Origin: Catajapyx aquilonaris
Taxonomy: Eukaryota
Reading direction: 5' to 3'
Assembly: GCA_000934665.2 (NCBI GenBank)
Contig: KZ539333.1
Span: forward strand, 1-44,757
DNA: 44,757 bases
The position numbers were made by a program, and so were the translations under genes. The notes under the pieces were generated by a model that was not told where the DNA came from, made no database searches, and worked only from the letters and a program-made list of their open reading frames with translations. Positions within the stretch are counted from its first letter, which is position 1; every line of letters begins with the position of its first letter. Of this stretch, positions 11,276-23,636 are shown in pieces.

Positions 11276-12889
11276 TCATTTTCCTAAGCATACTTCAACT
11301 AGGAACACCACAACAGACACCACAACACTGCACAAAATGACCGCAAAGCAAAACTTAATGGCCCCGAATTTCACAACATGCTCTTCATTGTTACCATCCA
11401 ACCCTTCCCTGGAGGCCAATATGCCACTTTCGACCCTGGCCATCTCCAGACTCTCTTCATACAGGGCTGCCAAAATGCCAGACTGGTGAAGCCTCAAAAT
11501 GGCTCGATCCATGGCCACACTCGGTATGAAATATCGAGGTGACACGATGGTCACCATCACCAGTGGAAAGTCTGTCGATACCACCTCTGACTGGATGCCA
11601 CGACTCGTGAGGTTCATCAACTGGAAATACTCCAGCTGAACCCTGTTGCTGAAACATGCGTATTTTCTATCAGTCACAACTCGTTCTATGCACTGATAGA
11701 CTCCATCCAGCCCCATTTTGTCAACAGTTCGATTGTGGACATCCGAATCCGGGTGTCTTAAAAAGGACGGCATTGTGTTGCTATTATTCCAGACGCATCC
11801 CCAGGAATGGTCACTATCCAGCAGGTCTTGTATTGACCTCGGGTATTCAGTAGAACTTGCGATTAAAAACGAGGTTAACTTAGAGCTGTACATAACACTG
11901 ACTATGAACCCAATGAGACACCAGTGCGCAACAATGCACCGGAACAATGTGTTAGTAGGCAACACTACTGGCTGGGTCATAAATGGCGGTGTTATAAGCC
12001 TACACAAGATGTAAATAATGTTCCACTCCATTTTAGACATTAAGCACAAAAGTATGGATATCCCCACAGACATTACAATGACAAATATCCAACCCTTCGC
12101 AGTGAACGGTTTGTAGATTGTTGATAGCGACAATTGGCTGCGACGACTCTGTGTTATGAAAGCTATTTCGTCAAAATAGTACGGCTGACTGACCTTAAAG
12201 GTCGGGTAGATATCTGCAACCTGCTGAACAACCAACAAAGAGTTGAAGTACTCAGGTCTGAATTGAGGGATCTCCCTGGGAACAAAATGCAAATATTCGC
12301 TCAGATAACCAACAATCGGATGTTGGCTCAGTATGTATAAGTGTTTCAGGTGCATGTTGGTTGTCCAATCAGGAAACAGTGGTTGGCTTTTGTTGATGGG
12401 AATGGCTAATGGATCACCATTGTTGCAGAAATGACAGAAGGTGACGAGACCGGGATCAGTCACACCGACCTTGAATTTCATCCACATTGTTGACAGATGA
12501 TAAAGAGCATCAATGCTTGAAAACACGTAAAAGTCATTAGAGTAATGATTCTTTCGAAGTTGTTTTATGTACTTGACAATTTGTGGAATAGACTCAAGCT
12601 CTGATTGTACTAATGTCACAACACAGTGTTCACCTAGCTGACCCACATGTGGCAACAAGTCCTCTTCATAGTGGAGTGTTTGGTTAGTCACATCCAGTAG
12701 CATGTAAGGACGCCACATTCGATGCCCAATTGTCGTCACTTTGGAGTCAGTCACATACAGGATGGTACACTCTTGCAATTGACTATCACCAACAATGGAA
12801 GTCATGTCGGTATTGTTAGCTTCTTCAACACAGCAAATATTTACACAACCTACAATTTGTGCCCACACTGCAAGCCACAGTACCTTCAT
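11276..12889 (-). CDS. Divergent ionotropic receptor (IR, variant iGluR), intronless, about 537 aa
   Basis: Signal peptide MKVLWLAVWAQIVG. SQPYYFDEIAFIT then YKPFTAKGW before TM1; RCIVAHWCLIGFIVSVMYSSKLTSFL (M3-like); PRSIQDLLDS; RAILRLHQSGIL; terminal TM ...VVFLVEV. This is the typical divergent IR layout. Confidence 0.88.
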   Translation of the reverse strand: MKVLWLAVWAQIVGCVNICCVEEANNTDMTSIVGDSQLQECTILYVTDSKVTTIGHRMWRPYMLLDVTNQTLHYEEDLLPHVGQLGEHCVVTLVQSELESIPQIVKYIKQLRKNHYSNDFYVFSSIDALYHLSTMWMKFKVGVTDPGLVTFCHFCNNGDPLAIPINKSQPLFPDWTTNMHLKHLYILSQHPIVGYLSEYLHFVPREIPQFRPEYFNSLLVVQQVADIYPTFKVSQPYYFDEIAFITQSRRSQLSLSTIYKPFTAKGWIFVIVMSVGISILLCLMSKMEWNIIYILCRLITPPFMTQPVVLPTNTLFRCIVAHWCLIGFIVSVMYSSKLTSFLIASSTEYPRSIQDLLDSDHSWGCVWNNSNTMPSFLRHPDSDVHNRTVDKMGLDGVYQCIERVVTDRKYACFSNRVQLEYFQLMNLTSRGIQSEVVSTDFPLVMVTIVSPRYFIPSVAMDRAILRLHQSGILAALYEESLEMARVESGILASREGLDGNNEEHVVKFGAIKFCFAVILCSVVVSVVVFLVEVCLGK

Positions 12890-13368
12890 TCTGAATCTTC
12901 TGGTAAAGAGAGTGTAGACAGACTGTCTTTTAATAAACTCTGTGCAAATGTCAGTCAATGTCTTTTTCTAATAGTTCTGATCAATAATTCGATACCTTAG
13001 CATTAACTAATGTGATTGTCAAGATAATATGGTGTCATCACTATGCACGAGACTGTCTCGAAGGTTGGTACTCTATACAGAACTGTATGATATGTTTTAA
13101 ATGATTTTGTGCCAAGTGTACTGGCGCTATTGTCCTATAGAGGCGTTGCTGTCAAATGCAATATAACATCCCAGTGTATATACACGTGCATACGTATCGA
13201 GTTTTTAATACAATATGCCGACAAAGGCACAAGATGCATGTTATGATGAAATGTTTTAGAACTACATAATTATAACGTATTGCCCATACAGAACCGCTAC
13301 TATACGAATTGTATTCTAAAAAAATTATGGACCAGAACTCATGCTGTAAAAAGGGGGCGGAATCTCCT

Positions 13369-14353
13369 TTATTTGCTGATAGAAAAAGCTTCCTTTATGA
13401 ACTCGCTTCCAGCAATGTCATCCAACTTGATACGACCAAAGACCAAGTTAATGACGTGGTGCGCAATTCTTCGAAAGAATTCGTCACGTTCAGGTTGCAT
13501 ATACTCCAGATTCACATTCACATTCATGTCCAAAAAGACGGATGCAGCTGACTCTGGAAGGAATAAATAGTCCATGAAGGTCATATTCCCCGACCATTAT
13601 TGTTGAAACTCACGTAAGGTTCAATCTCCATCGAACATGTTATTTAACCGCACAGTAGCTTTGCCATTGTTGACGGAAATGTCTGTTTCTGTTTCTTGAA
13701 GACGCCGCTCACCGTCTATTTCCTTCACGTCCAACTTGGACACACCGTATATGTGCAGATCCTCTGAAATTATTGCGACATCAATTTATGATGGTGCTTT
13801 GCAAAATTAAATTTGATTATTTTATGTGAACACACCTAAGCGATACCAGCACGTTCCATTTCCATACAACGGGAATTGAAATATTTTAGCATCCATCAGG
13901 TAATGTCCAGTGGCAAGAAGTTCTGGCAGTAAAATGGACCACACTGCAAGTCGGTTCAGGTAGTCCACCCTTCAATTAAAAAATAGCAATTTTACTAATT
14001 ACATCAATTAAACGATATATGGTATGTATAGTACTTGAGATATGTCATCTCGAAGTCATCGATGCCTCTCATTCTCCCAATTTCGTAGTGTGCAGTCAAA
14101 TAGTTCACCCCCTTCTTCTCGTCTATATCCAATGGTTCATAATACATGATGTTAATTTCATAAAGTCCTAGTTCAGGAAATCATCCTGTCAAACACACAA
14201 AAATATACGTAGTGTCAAAAAACCACTTTATGAAAACACATAAAACATTACTCTCTCCATAAGTGGTGTCATATCATTAATTAATTTCACCACACATGGT
14301 TCCAGCTCATCTCGTGGAATTCCTTTGCATTGCTGAAACACATCTTCAAACTC
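13369..14353 (-). pseudogene. Takeout/JHBP-family copy 1, probable pseudogene
   Basis: Exons 2-6 are recognisable (QQCKGIPRDELEPCVVK, FPLYGNGTCW, DDIAGSEFIKEAF). In-frame TGA at 13621-13623 (DGD*TL), anomalous exon 2/3 junction, and no signal-peptide exon found. Confidence 0.75.
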
Positions 14354-14897
14354 TGAAAGACAATCCATAGGTAAAAATTATTGTGATTGTTATTGTTATG
14401 TTTTTATAAAAACAAATTGAAATGATTCAAAAATTCGAAATAATTTTTAAGCCAATTCTAGCACCAAAATTGTTCAAAACGAATGGACAAGATAGAAAAT
14501 AGAAAGTAAAAGATAGGTTTTCGACACCTTTGAATTCATATTTACTGTCAAAAATGCAAAAAAGGTGTGTACTTAAAAAAAAGCTAGCGGATTATTTTAA
14601 AAGGTCCACTTTCCCACCTGCTATAAGCCAGAGGAGGGTAGATTAGAAAGGGTCTCACTTATCTGACCCCCTCCTACTGTGGCCAGCCCAAACCCTTTCA
14701 CTGTTGCAATTTACAGCTCTACCAAACATCCAAATTATTCGCCAACTACATAGCATGATGCAAATTATCTGTAACCGTCACCAAAACCGTCGATTTGGAA
14801 ACCGGAAAACTAGTTAGACGAATTGCGACATATTTCGTAATGAGATATTAAGCGTTTAATGGCAGAAATATTTCCTTATGTGATGACATTAAAGCCC

Positions 14898-14904
14898 TAT
14901 ATAA
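14898..14904 (+). promoter_or_regulatory. Candidate TATA box of Takeout copy 2
   Basis: TATATAA about 50 bp upstream of the ATG at 14950. Confidence 0.45.
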
Positions 14905-14949
14905 CATATTCTCCTGTTGTCTCTAGAAGGACTATTTCAACAGTCGATC

Positions 14950-16048
14950 ATGATGAAACCACTAGTATTAGCACTGCTCTTCATTGTCTCAAGTTTGGCA
15001 GGGAAGATTGGTAAGTTCAACTTAATTTGTCATTATCCTATGTAATAACAAGTTTCATTATTTGTTAGATGACATTTACAACAAATGTGACGGAGTATCT
15101 CGCGAAGAACTGGAAAAATGCGTCATAAAAACAATTGATGAATTTCGGCCACTTGTTAAAAACGGTAAGTTGCATTTAACACATATCAAAAAAAGTTTTC
15201 CTTGCTAGAGTGCTGATGGTCGTATATTAATTCAGGAAATATATTATTGCTGTTTATTCCAGGATTGTTTAACCTGGGAGTAGATCCAAAAGAGCTGCCC
15301 TTTGACCCCGTTGATTTTGACGAAGACGATGGAATAAATCATTTGAAGGCACGTTATGACGCTGGAGTTGTGAGAGGATTGGAAGAATTTGAAGTCACTT
15401 TTCTCAAGTACGTATTACGCACATATTTGTGAAATTTTTGTTAATGTCTGCTATTGTAGATTAGATTACAAAAAGAAAGATGCAACTTGGGCCATATATG
15501 TACCAGAATTGTTCATGACGTCGGATTATTACATGGATTCCAACATTATGTATTTTGAACTATTTGGAAATGGAACCAGTTCTTTACGCTTCGGTAATGT
15601 ATGGGGTAAATCAACAATTTACAGTAACTTAATATAAATATTACAGAGGAAATCCACATATACGGTGAGTCAAAAATGGAGGTCATAAAAATAGAAGGTA
15701 AAAATCGACTTCAACAATCGGATGCGGACATAACATTCAGCTACAGCAGCGCTAAAATGAAGCTGACCAACATGTATAATGGCCAAGAAGAAAAGCGTAA
15801 GTGCCTAATGTTATTGTTGGAAACTGTATAAACATTACTAATTTTTCGATATATTATTTGTAGGGAAAGCAGCTGTAGCATTTTTGGAGGAAAACGTAGA
15901 TGCAGTGATTGACCAAATGAGACCATCAATGAGGAAAATTTTCAAACAAATTATAAGCAACGTAGTTAACAAAGCATTGAGCAAAATTGACATTAATAAT
16001 ATTGCTGGAAACAAGTTTATTAAGGAAGCATTTGATATTACAGAGTAA
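14950..16048 (+). CDS. Takeout/JHBP-family protein copy 2, 256 aa (exons 14950-15010, 15069-15164, 15263-15407, 15460-15593, 15647-15796, 15864-16048)
   Basis: Signal peptide, N-terminal C-x10-C (CDGVSREELEKC), LFGNGT, KLTNMYNG, AFLEEN. All introns are GT-AG, and the spliced length of 771 nt is open. The most divergent copy. Confidence 0.88.
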
Positions 16049-16587
16049 CTCTTCCTTTATAGTTGGAAGGTTATGTAATGCAAAATGTTAAACCCATACT
16101 AATTTAGTCGAGTCATGTCATAACCTTTACTAACCATTCGTATTAACCTTAGTAATATTCAGTTAACATTGGTTTTTAAAAACATGATGCTTAAAAATCC
16201 ATTATGCAATATCACCAGGTCTAGTTTGTAATGCACTAATAAAGTAACATGTGATAGTTAAGGATGACAAATAAAATGCAGTAGTCACAATGACCATTTT
16301 TCCTTCACCTAAACATACTTACCATGCATTCTTCAACCATACTAATGCGACATGTCGTGCGTGTCTAGGGGCAGGTCAATGTGTCTAGCAATACTAGCAT
16401 GGTAAGAAAATATTCGGCTACTTAAAAACACCCTGTACATCGAGCAAGCACAGTTTACACGAGGAGTTACAGGAAGATGCGACCTTGGTCAAACACCGGG
16501 TGTTTGTGCACGCCATATCAGACCAGGCTTGATATGACTCTACTGAATAGTGGCGACACCCTGTGGCTGTTGTCATGAACTAACCCC

Positions 16588-16765
16588 TTGAGTCTGATCA
16601 AACTGGTCCAAAGTAGCACGAATCGCCCTGGAAAATCCCATGGATATCCAATCGGAGATTCAGTGGATATCTGGATATCCATGGAATTTTCCAGGGCGAT
16701 TCGTTCTACCTGGGGGATGATTTGGCCGGAAGTTCATCAAGGAAGCATTTTTCATTAACGAATGA
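16588..16765 (+). pseudogene. Orphan Takeout last-exon remnant interrupted by a MITE
   Basis: LSLIKL [insert] DDLAGS/FIKEAFFINE*. Confidence 0.75.
16608..16714. mobile_element. About 107-bp hairpin MITE (CCCA.GTAG termini, CACTA/EnSpm-like)
   Basis: gtagcacgaatcgccctggaaaatcccatggatatcc pairs with ggatatccatggaattttccagggcgattcgttctac. Confidence 0.75.
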
Positions 16766-16773
16766 GAAGACTT

Positions 16774-16909
16774 AACTGTGGGGCTTAACGTCGGCCTAAT
16801 CCTGCCGCAAGTCTAAACACCGACGCCAGGGGGTGGTCCTCCTCCTGGAAATTTAGCCACTCTAGGGATCTTTAACGTGCACTCGCGCAATATCACAAGC
16901 ACACGGGAC
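16774..16909. mobile_element. Truncated SINE-like retroposed insertion with 12-bp TSD
   Basis: atgagaagactt at 16762-16773 and 16910-16921. The internal gggatctttaacgtgcac..aagcacacggg resembles an invertebrate SINE body. Confidence 0.65.
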
Positions 16910-17700
16910 ATGAGAAGACTTGCAAAATGAAGCGACGCCGGGAAATTTCAAATATTTGGCATCGTCCTCATCGCCACACCCACATTTCAACATTTCTTAA
17001 ACACCCAATATTATTAGTGATGACTCATCAACACTGAATGTTACTCATTTTTTTCAGAGATACCACACTTAATTTACGGAACTGTTTCTTCACAATCCGA
17101 CATCGAATCATGAGTCACTCCACCCACACTAGCCATGAAACATACCTGCCTAATCTTATCTCCCACAAGTTCGATACCTCTTATCAAACTTTACCTGGCA
17201 ACGCATACCAAGCCAAATATACAGGAATAGTACCACTGGTGTCCATTACTAAATATTATTTAGGATGTAACTAGGATTGTATGGGACTCATGTAGTCTGC
17301 GAAATATGCAACCGAATGTGACAAAGCAAAAGGTGTGATATCAATCTGAGAGTCAACAAAGATGGTTCTCACCCATAGGAAATATTGAAATGTTGTAACT
17401 CCAAAAATTGGCCAGAAAATCTACTATTATTGCTACTGATATCGCAACAACAATGAAATTAACGGTCAAAAAATGTCCGTTACATCAGTATAGTGCTGAC
17501 CTCTATAGGCGCCAATTTTGCGTGGGCTGAGCGTCCTATCTCTCACCCCACAATCTAGGCGTCTATCACCTTCCTGTTATCTGCAGGTGAAGCGTTAGTT
17601 GTCTGAAAATAGCCTACTTGTCGCCCGTCTTTTGCTAGTGGAGGTACCCTAGTTCAGTGTTTGGTTTTAGTGCCTGCGAAATAGTTTCGTAGTGTCAACC

Positions 17701-18278
17701 ATGAGTCTTCCTGGGATTGCCACCATCTTCGTCAAGTTTCTGAAACTGGTAAGTTCATCCTAATATACATTTTTGCACTGGTGACACTCCCTATTTTCAG
17801 ATCCTGAACTTGATCATCATTGGCCTGTACAGAGGAGGCAACAATGGAAGCTTCTTAGGCGCCACCTATCGAGGCTACCTGGATGATGGAAACATAGACG
17901 TGGAAATCCTAGCTGGAGGTGTAATAGTAGGTTCATTGGTCTTCAACATATGTATCATCATCACCTACTTCACCGGCGGCACAAAGGTCAAACGAACTCC
18001 CCTGGTAAGTCTGTCAGTCCTAAGCATTGAGCAAGTCTAATCCCGCCATTTTAAAGGAAATCATCATGAACTTCGTGTACGCCATTTTGTGGTTGGCAAT
18101 GGGAGGCGTCACTATTCAATACTGGATGAGTTTCATTGAGAAACATCCTGATCAGCGTAACAATAGGGTGCTGATCGACACTGGTGTTGCCCTTGGAGCT
18201 CTTGGTATCATCCAAGGTGGAATATTCATTGTCGATGGTTTCCTAGCTGTCGTCAACTTCCAGAAGGAAGAAGAGTGA
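17701..18278 (+). CDS. Ssk: Snakeskin-like four-TM (MARVEL-type) septate-junction protein, 157 aa (exons 17701-17748, 17801-18004, 18057-18278)
   Basis: IFVKFLKLILNLIIIGLYRGGNNGSFLG..DVEILAGGVIVG..IMNFVYAILWLAMGGVTIQYW..GVALGALGIIQGGIFIVD follows insect Ssk as I recall it. Two phase-0 GT-AG introns; AATAAA at ~18857. Confidence 0.85.
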
Positions 18279-19090
18279 AGAGAGGGGATGAGGGGATGGG
18301 GGGTTTAATTGTCGTTAACAGTGTAGATGCAGGCCTGAGTTTCATCTAAGCGGCTAACAGTGCGTGCAACAATTAGTTAAAATTAAGTTTGTCCTCGAGG
18401 AACGCTAAGATTAAACAATGACAAAAAAAGGGCCTTTGTGTTGTCAGCGAGGTCAGATAAAAGTGATAAAGATAAGCACCAAGCAAAGTTCCGGTATGAG
18501 TTTTAGGTTACAGCATGTAATGCAAGCAAAGTGTGCGCGCATTGTTTGCCCATCGTATTGTTGTCAGACAATAACATATACATACAGGCCTATTAGTTGA
18601 GTGTACCATCGCATTTTTTATACTTTCACAAAACGTACAAGTGACTAATGTCAACTATTTGCTTCATCTGAGTTGACAAATCTTAATCTCCTTTCTTTAA
18701 AAAAAAGATTAGGGGGCGTCATTCCAGACTAATGATTCATAATTCATATCTTTTACAATTGCTAATGAATATGTAGGCATAGTAATAAGGATCTAGTGAA
18801 CATTTTTTTGTTACATGTAATTATTCAAAGTATTGTAACTGCTTGAACATCTGAACAATAAAAGCATTATTATGTACATTGTCTGATAAGTTTTTTTCTC
18901 TCTCAACTTTCACGAGCTTAAGTAAATACTCTTATCACACGTCTAACAGACCAGAATGTGTGCCATGTCTTCCAAGCCTACTTTGAACTGATGTTCACAG
19001 TTAGTGAATTTTGATATTATTTATTTTTAATTATCACATTTTTTCAATAATATCAGTAGCCAACTTAACTAATACTGATTATTGCAAATA

Positions 19091-20163
19091 TCAGTCGATA
19101 TCGATATTGAAAAATTCACTTCCTGCCATATCCTCCAGCTTGATCAGTCCAAGTGCCCTGTTAACATGGTTGCCTGTTAGACTTCTGAAGAGGTTAGTGG
19201 CTGAAGGTCTCATTTCATCCAAGAGAGCGTCCAGATTAGAGTCCAAGAATGTGTTGGCTGCAGCTTCTACACAAAAATAGCATTGTTGTCTTCTGTCAGT
19301 TTAAATAATTACAGTTCAACTTACGTAAGACAATATCTCCATTGTAGAGGTTGTTCATTCTCATAGCAGCTTTTGTGTAACTAAATGTGATCTTGGTGTC
19401 CTTCTCTTGAAGTCGAGGCTCACCATTAATTTCCACAATTTCAAGCTTGGACACTCCGTAGAAATGGAAGTTTTCTGGAAATAATGGCGATGTCTTAATA
19501 TCAATGGAATGCATTGTACAAGTCAGAACATACCGTAGCGATACCAAAACGTTCCGTTCCCATATATAGGAAAGTTCAAAACTTTGGCATCCATTGAATA
19601 TCTTCCTACATTCAGTACTTCAGGGAAAAGAGCAGACCACACTGCTACCATATTAGCATAATCTACCCTGTAAAGACATGATCATAATATTTACCAGTAC
19701 ATTTAATCGACATCATACTTCAGATGGGTAAGTTCAAAGTCCTCCAGTCCTTTCACTTTCCCATTGTGGTAATGCGCCTCCAGCTGATTTATTCCTTCAT
19801 GATATTCCACATCAAGTGTTTCAAAGTCACAGGTATCAGGTTCTAACCCCAGTTCTGGAATGCCTATTAATAAATTGTCACTGGGGCGAAAAGTCCGGGG
19901 GCGAAAAGTCCGAGACTCAAGTGGAGTACAAAAGTAAGTAATGACATACCTTCTCTGATAAGAGGTCCCAAGTCATTAATCAGCTTTAACACACATGGTT
20001 CCAGTTCCTCTCGAGACACTCCTTTACATACTTGATACGAATCGACTAGAAAAGACACAACAACAATAAATAGCTCCACCTATTTTGTAATAGACGTACT
20101 TAGAGTCACAGCAAATGTGTAGGACAACATGGAGTAAATCAGACACATGCAGTGGAGCTTCAT
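19091..20163 (-). CDS. Takeout/JHBP-family copy 3 (6 exons, intact)
   Basis: MKLHCMCLIYSMLSYTFAVTL / CKGVSREELEPC / GIPELGLEPDTCDF / FPIYGNGTFW / MNNLYNGD / EDMAGSEFFNIDID*. Confidence 0.88.
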
Positions 20164-20733
20164 TTTGTAAAGTCTACTAAGGCACTGCAGGTTTCAATTC
20201 CGTCACAACCAATACTCATTGAGCTATATTTCACCAGAATTTTTGCTAATTTCTCAACAATAATTTGTTTTTATGTTAATGGGGATGATTATAAATTGCA
20301 CTCGATTTTTTTCCTGCTATTGACTAATTTAGTTTAGAAGAGAGATATAAGGAAATGATTACAGTGTTATTACATGCTTAATTAAATAGGATGGGAAAAC
20401 ATTTACATTTAATGCATTTTATTTAGATAACCTTTCAAGGGCATCAATATGTAAGGAATTTGTTTCTTATGCAGATTTAAATGTGTTTAGCCTTTTAATT
20501 GCTCCAACTAAAACAAAGGCTTACTGACGCAATCACTTCAGTAGATGCATTAGCATTGAAATTCCAGAAATATGCAAATTATATGATCCCAATTTGTTAA
20601 GCAAATTCATGCCATCATGCAATATGAGCAATAAAAATTAATCAGGGTGGCTATAAAATCTATTGTTCCTGATTGCAATCTAGGTACAAAACAGATCATT
20701 TCGAACCGGATACTCGCCATAACCTTCGCCGTC

Positions 20734-21802
20734 ATGATGAAGCCAGCACTTTTGGCCTTGCTCTTTTCAACATTGTCTTACTCTCATGGCATGACCCTTG
20801 GTAAGTATTACACTGCTCATTATATATTTATATATTTATTATATTTAATAACGTTATGTCAATTAGAGGAGGCATATAAGCAATGCAAAGATGTAACACG
20901 AGAGGAGCTGGAACCATGTGTTATGAATGTTGTCAACGAACTTGGTCCTCTCATTCGAGAAGGTATGTCTACATTTTGTGTTCTAATTCTAATTATTATA
21001 TCATATTATTTTTATATAGGTATTGACGAACTTGGATTAGAACATGACAACTGCACTTTCGATAAACTTGATCTGAATTATGACGAAGGAGCTAATCATC
21101 TAGCAGCTCATTACGAGCATGGAAAAATTAAGGGAATGGATGACTTCAATATAACATATCTCAAGTAAGTCATTTAATGATAATTTAATTTAATTAAAGT
21201 TAAATGCTGGAAATTTCTTTAACAGAGTAGACTACGAGAACAAAGTTGCAGTATGGTCTGTTTTTGTGCCAGAATTTATTAACATGGGAAGATACGATAT
21301 TGACGCTAATGTGTTGAGCTTTCCTATTTATGGAAACGGAACGTTCTGGAATCGATATCGTAAGTATGCCTTGCTAGAGTGCTGACTGCGGTGAAATCAT
21401 GCCATTTCTCATCAGAAAATCTGCATTTCTACGGAGTTTCAAAGCTGGATATTGTGGACATCAATGGAGTGCTTCGCCTGCAAGAAATAGATACTGACCT
21501 GACCTTCAGCTACGAAAAAGCTTCTATGCGCATGAATAACCTCTACAACGGAGATTCCATTCTACGTAAGCTTCATTGAACACATGTTGACATATTGATA
21601 AAACTGGTTTCTTACAGAGGCAGCTGGCAATAGTTTTTTGAATTCGAATGTGGATGCTCTCCTGGACGAAATGAGACCTTCAGCTAAGCACTTGTTCCAT
21701 CAGCTCACTGGAAACCATGTCAACATAGCTTTGAGCAAGATAAGCCTAGAAGACATGGCTGGAGGAAAATTTATTAAGCAGGCTTTTTCCATTAGTAAAT
21801 AA
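20734..21802 (+). CDS. Takeout/JHBP-family copy 4 (6 exons, intact)
   Basis: MMKPALLALLFSTLSYSHG / CKDVTREELEPC / GIDELGLEHDNCTF / FPIYGNGTFW / EDMAGGKFIKQAFSISK*. TATAAAA at 20652. Confidence 0.88.
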
Positions 21803-22057
21803 TAGAAATAATAGACTAAAACCAGGCACTGTAGCCTATAATAGTAAATAACGTTTTAATTACGCTGTATGTACTTGCTAATACATCTCTATGTATACAA
21901 CCAAAAATAAATATATGCACACGTACTGTACATGCATTGTCCAATAGGGGAGGGCTGGTGGAGTTCGAAAGAGTGGTGAGTTGCACAGTCTGAATGAATG
22001 ATACTTTCTTCGGAGTGTAAAATGACGTCACACATGTCATTACTAAACAAGTGACAA

Positions 22058-22361
22058 GTTGTTCAGGCTCATTGGACCTTACCTGTAACTCATGGTAATC
22101 CGTGTCCTTCTCCTGAAGACGAGGCTCGCCATCTTCTAAGATTAGATGCTTAATTTCGTTAATCAGCTTCACAACACATGGCTCTAGTTCATTTCGTGGT
22201 ATTCCTTTGCACTTCTTGTATGCTTCGTCTATCAGAAATTCGGAAATATTAATAGACTAATTAATTTTACGAGGATTCCTATTTGATAAAAATTACAAAT
22301 AATTACCCATAGTGATGGCTGCAGTGTAGGCAAGTAAAAGAAGGTGCAGAACCAGCTTCAT
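22058..22361 (-). pseudogene. Takeout copy 5, internally deleted pseudogene
   Basis: Exons 1-2 (CKGIPRNELEPCVVKLINEIKHLILE) are fused directly to mid exon 5 (DGEPRLQEKDT) at ~22133, then frameshifted. Confidence 0.85.
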
Positions 22362-22700
22362 GTCTAGTGCACCTGAGTCACAAGTCTTACTGCATTCAAT
22401 ATATACCAACAAAATATTGAGTTGCACAAGCTGTAAAACCGGACCTTCAATGCTTCAGGAAGTTATGAATAATAATGTTAAAAATGAAAGCCTTCTGCTA
22501 CCATTCATTGTAATATTTTTATGTAATAACGACAACATGTCACTCTGGTAATTAATATCAGAGTATGCTAATGAACGGGTGAAGCTTGATTGCATATATC
22601 TGATATAATATCCTACTTTATTTACCCGATATGTTTAATTTATGTTAATTACATTTATATCTCATGTCATATGGAACTTGAGCAAAAATCTCATTCCAGC

Positions 22701-22836
22701 TCTAATTAATGAAAAATGCTTCCTTGAAGAACACGATTCCTGCCAAGTCATCCGATCTAATCAGGATTAGAGCCTTGTTCACATGGTTGCCTAAGAATGG
22801 GCCAAAAATCCCAATAGTTAAAGGTTTTAATTCATC
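22701..22836 (-). pseudogene. Orphan Takeout last-exon remnant
   Basis: DELKPLTIGIFGPFLGNHVNKALILIRSDDLAGIVFFKEAFFIN*. Confidence 0.75.
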
Positions 22837-23085
22837 TTACAAAGCAGAAGATTGGTCGTTGTCAAGGGAAAACTTTCTATGAAAAAAATCCCATCAAAAT
22901 GTTGCAACACCAAGACGACATTTAATTACAGTAATTATCGCACATAATGAGAAACAAAATATATGATAATAGTAATTCTGTATTGTCCAAGAGGTAATTC
23001 TTTCACTTCCTCCTTCAGCAAGAAAATAAAAAGTACCAGCTTGCTATCATGTAAATTGCACTCTATAACACAAGACACAACAGAC

Positions 23086-23573
23086 ATGAAGACTCTCTTG
23101 GTTATGTTCCTTTTCACAGTATCCTACACTGCAGCTATCACTCTTGGTAAGTTATTCTGAAACATCACTATTAACATCCAAACATACTATGGATTCATAT
23201 AACAATGCAATGACAATTTTCAACATGGCTATCCATATTATTATGTCAGATGAAGCGTACAAGAGGTGCAAAGGTATCCCACGAAATGAACTGGAGCCAT
23301 GCATCGTGAAGCTGATTCACAATCTAAAGCCTTTGATTCAAGAAGGTAAAGGCCAGACAATGTCAAGATTCTGTAAGTGAATTACAATTAGAAATAATTT
23401 ATTACAGGTATTAAAGAATTGGGATGGGATGTCGATGACTGCCACTACGACTCCGTCTCTGTTGACAGGAAAAGTGGGATGAACCACGTGCAGGGACACT
23501 TTTACTCAGGAAGGATTAGCGGAGTGGAGGAGTTTGAATTGACATACCTGAAGTATGATATTGGCCAAGTCAC

Positions 23574-23636
<63 letters not shown>

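Noticed and set aside
12890..12958. N-terminal extension of the IR ORF
   Set aside because: It starts at a non-ATG codon; the ATG at 12889 begins a signal peptide.
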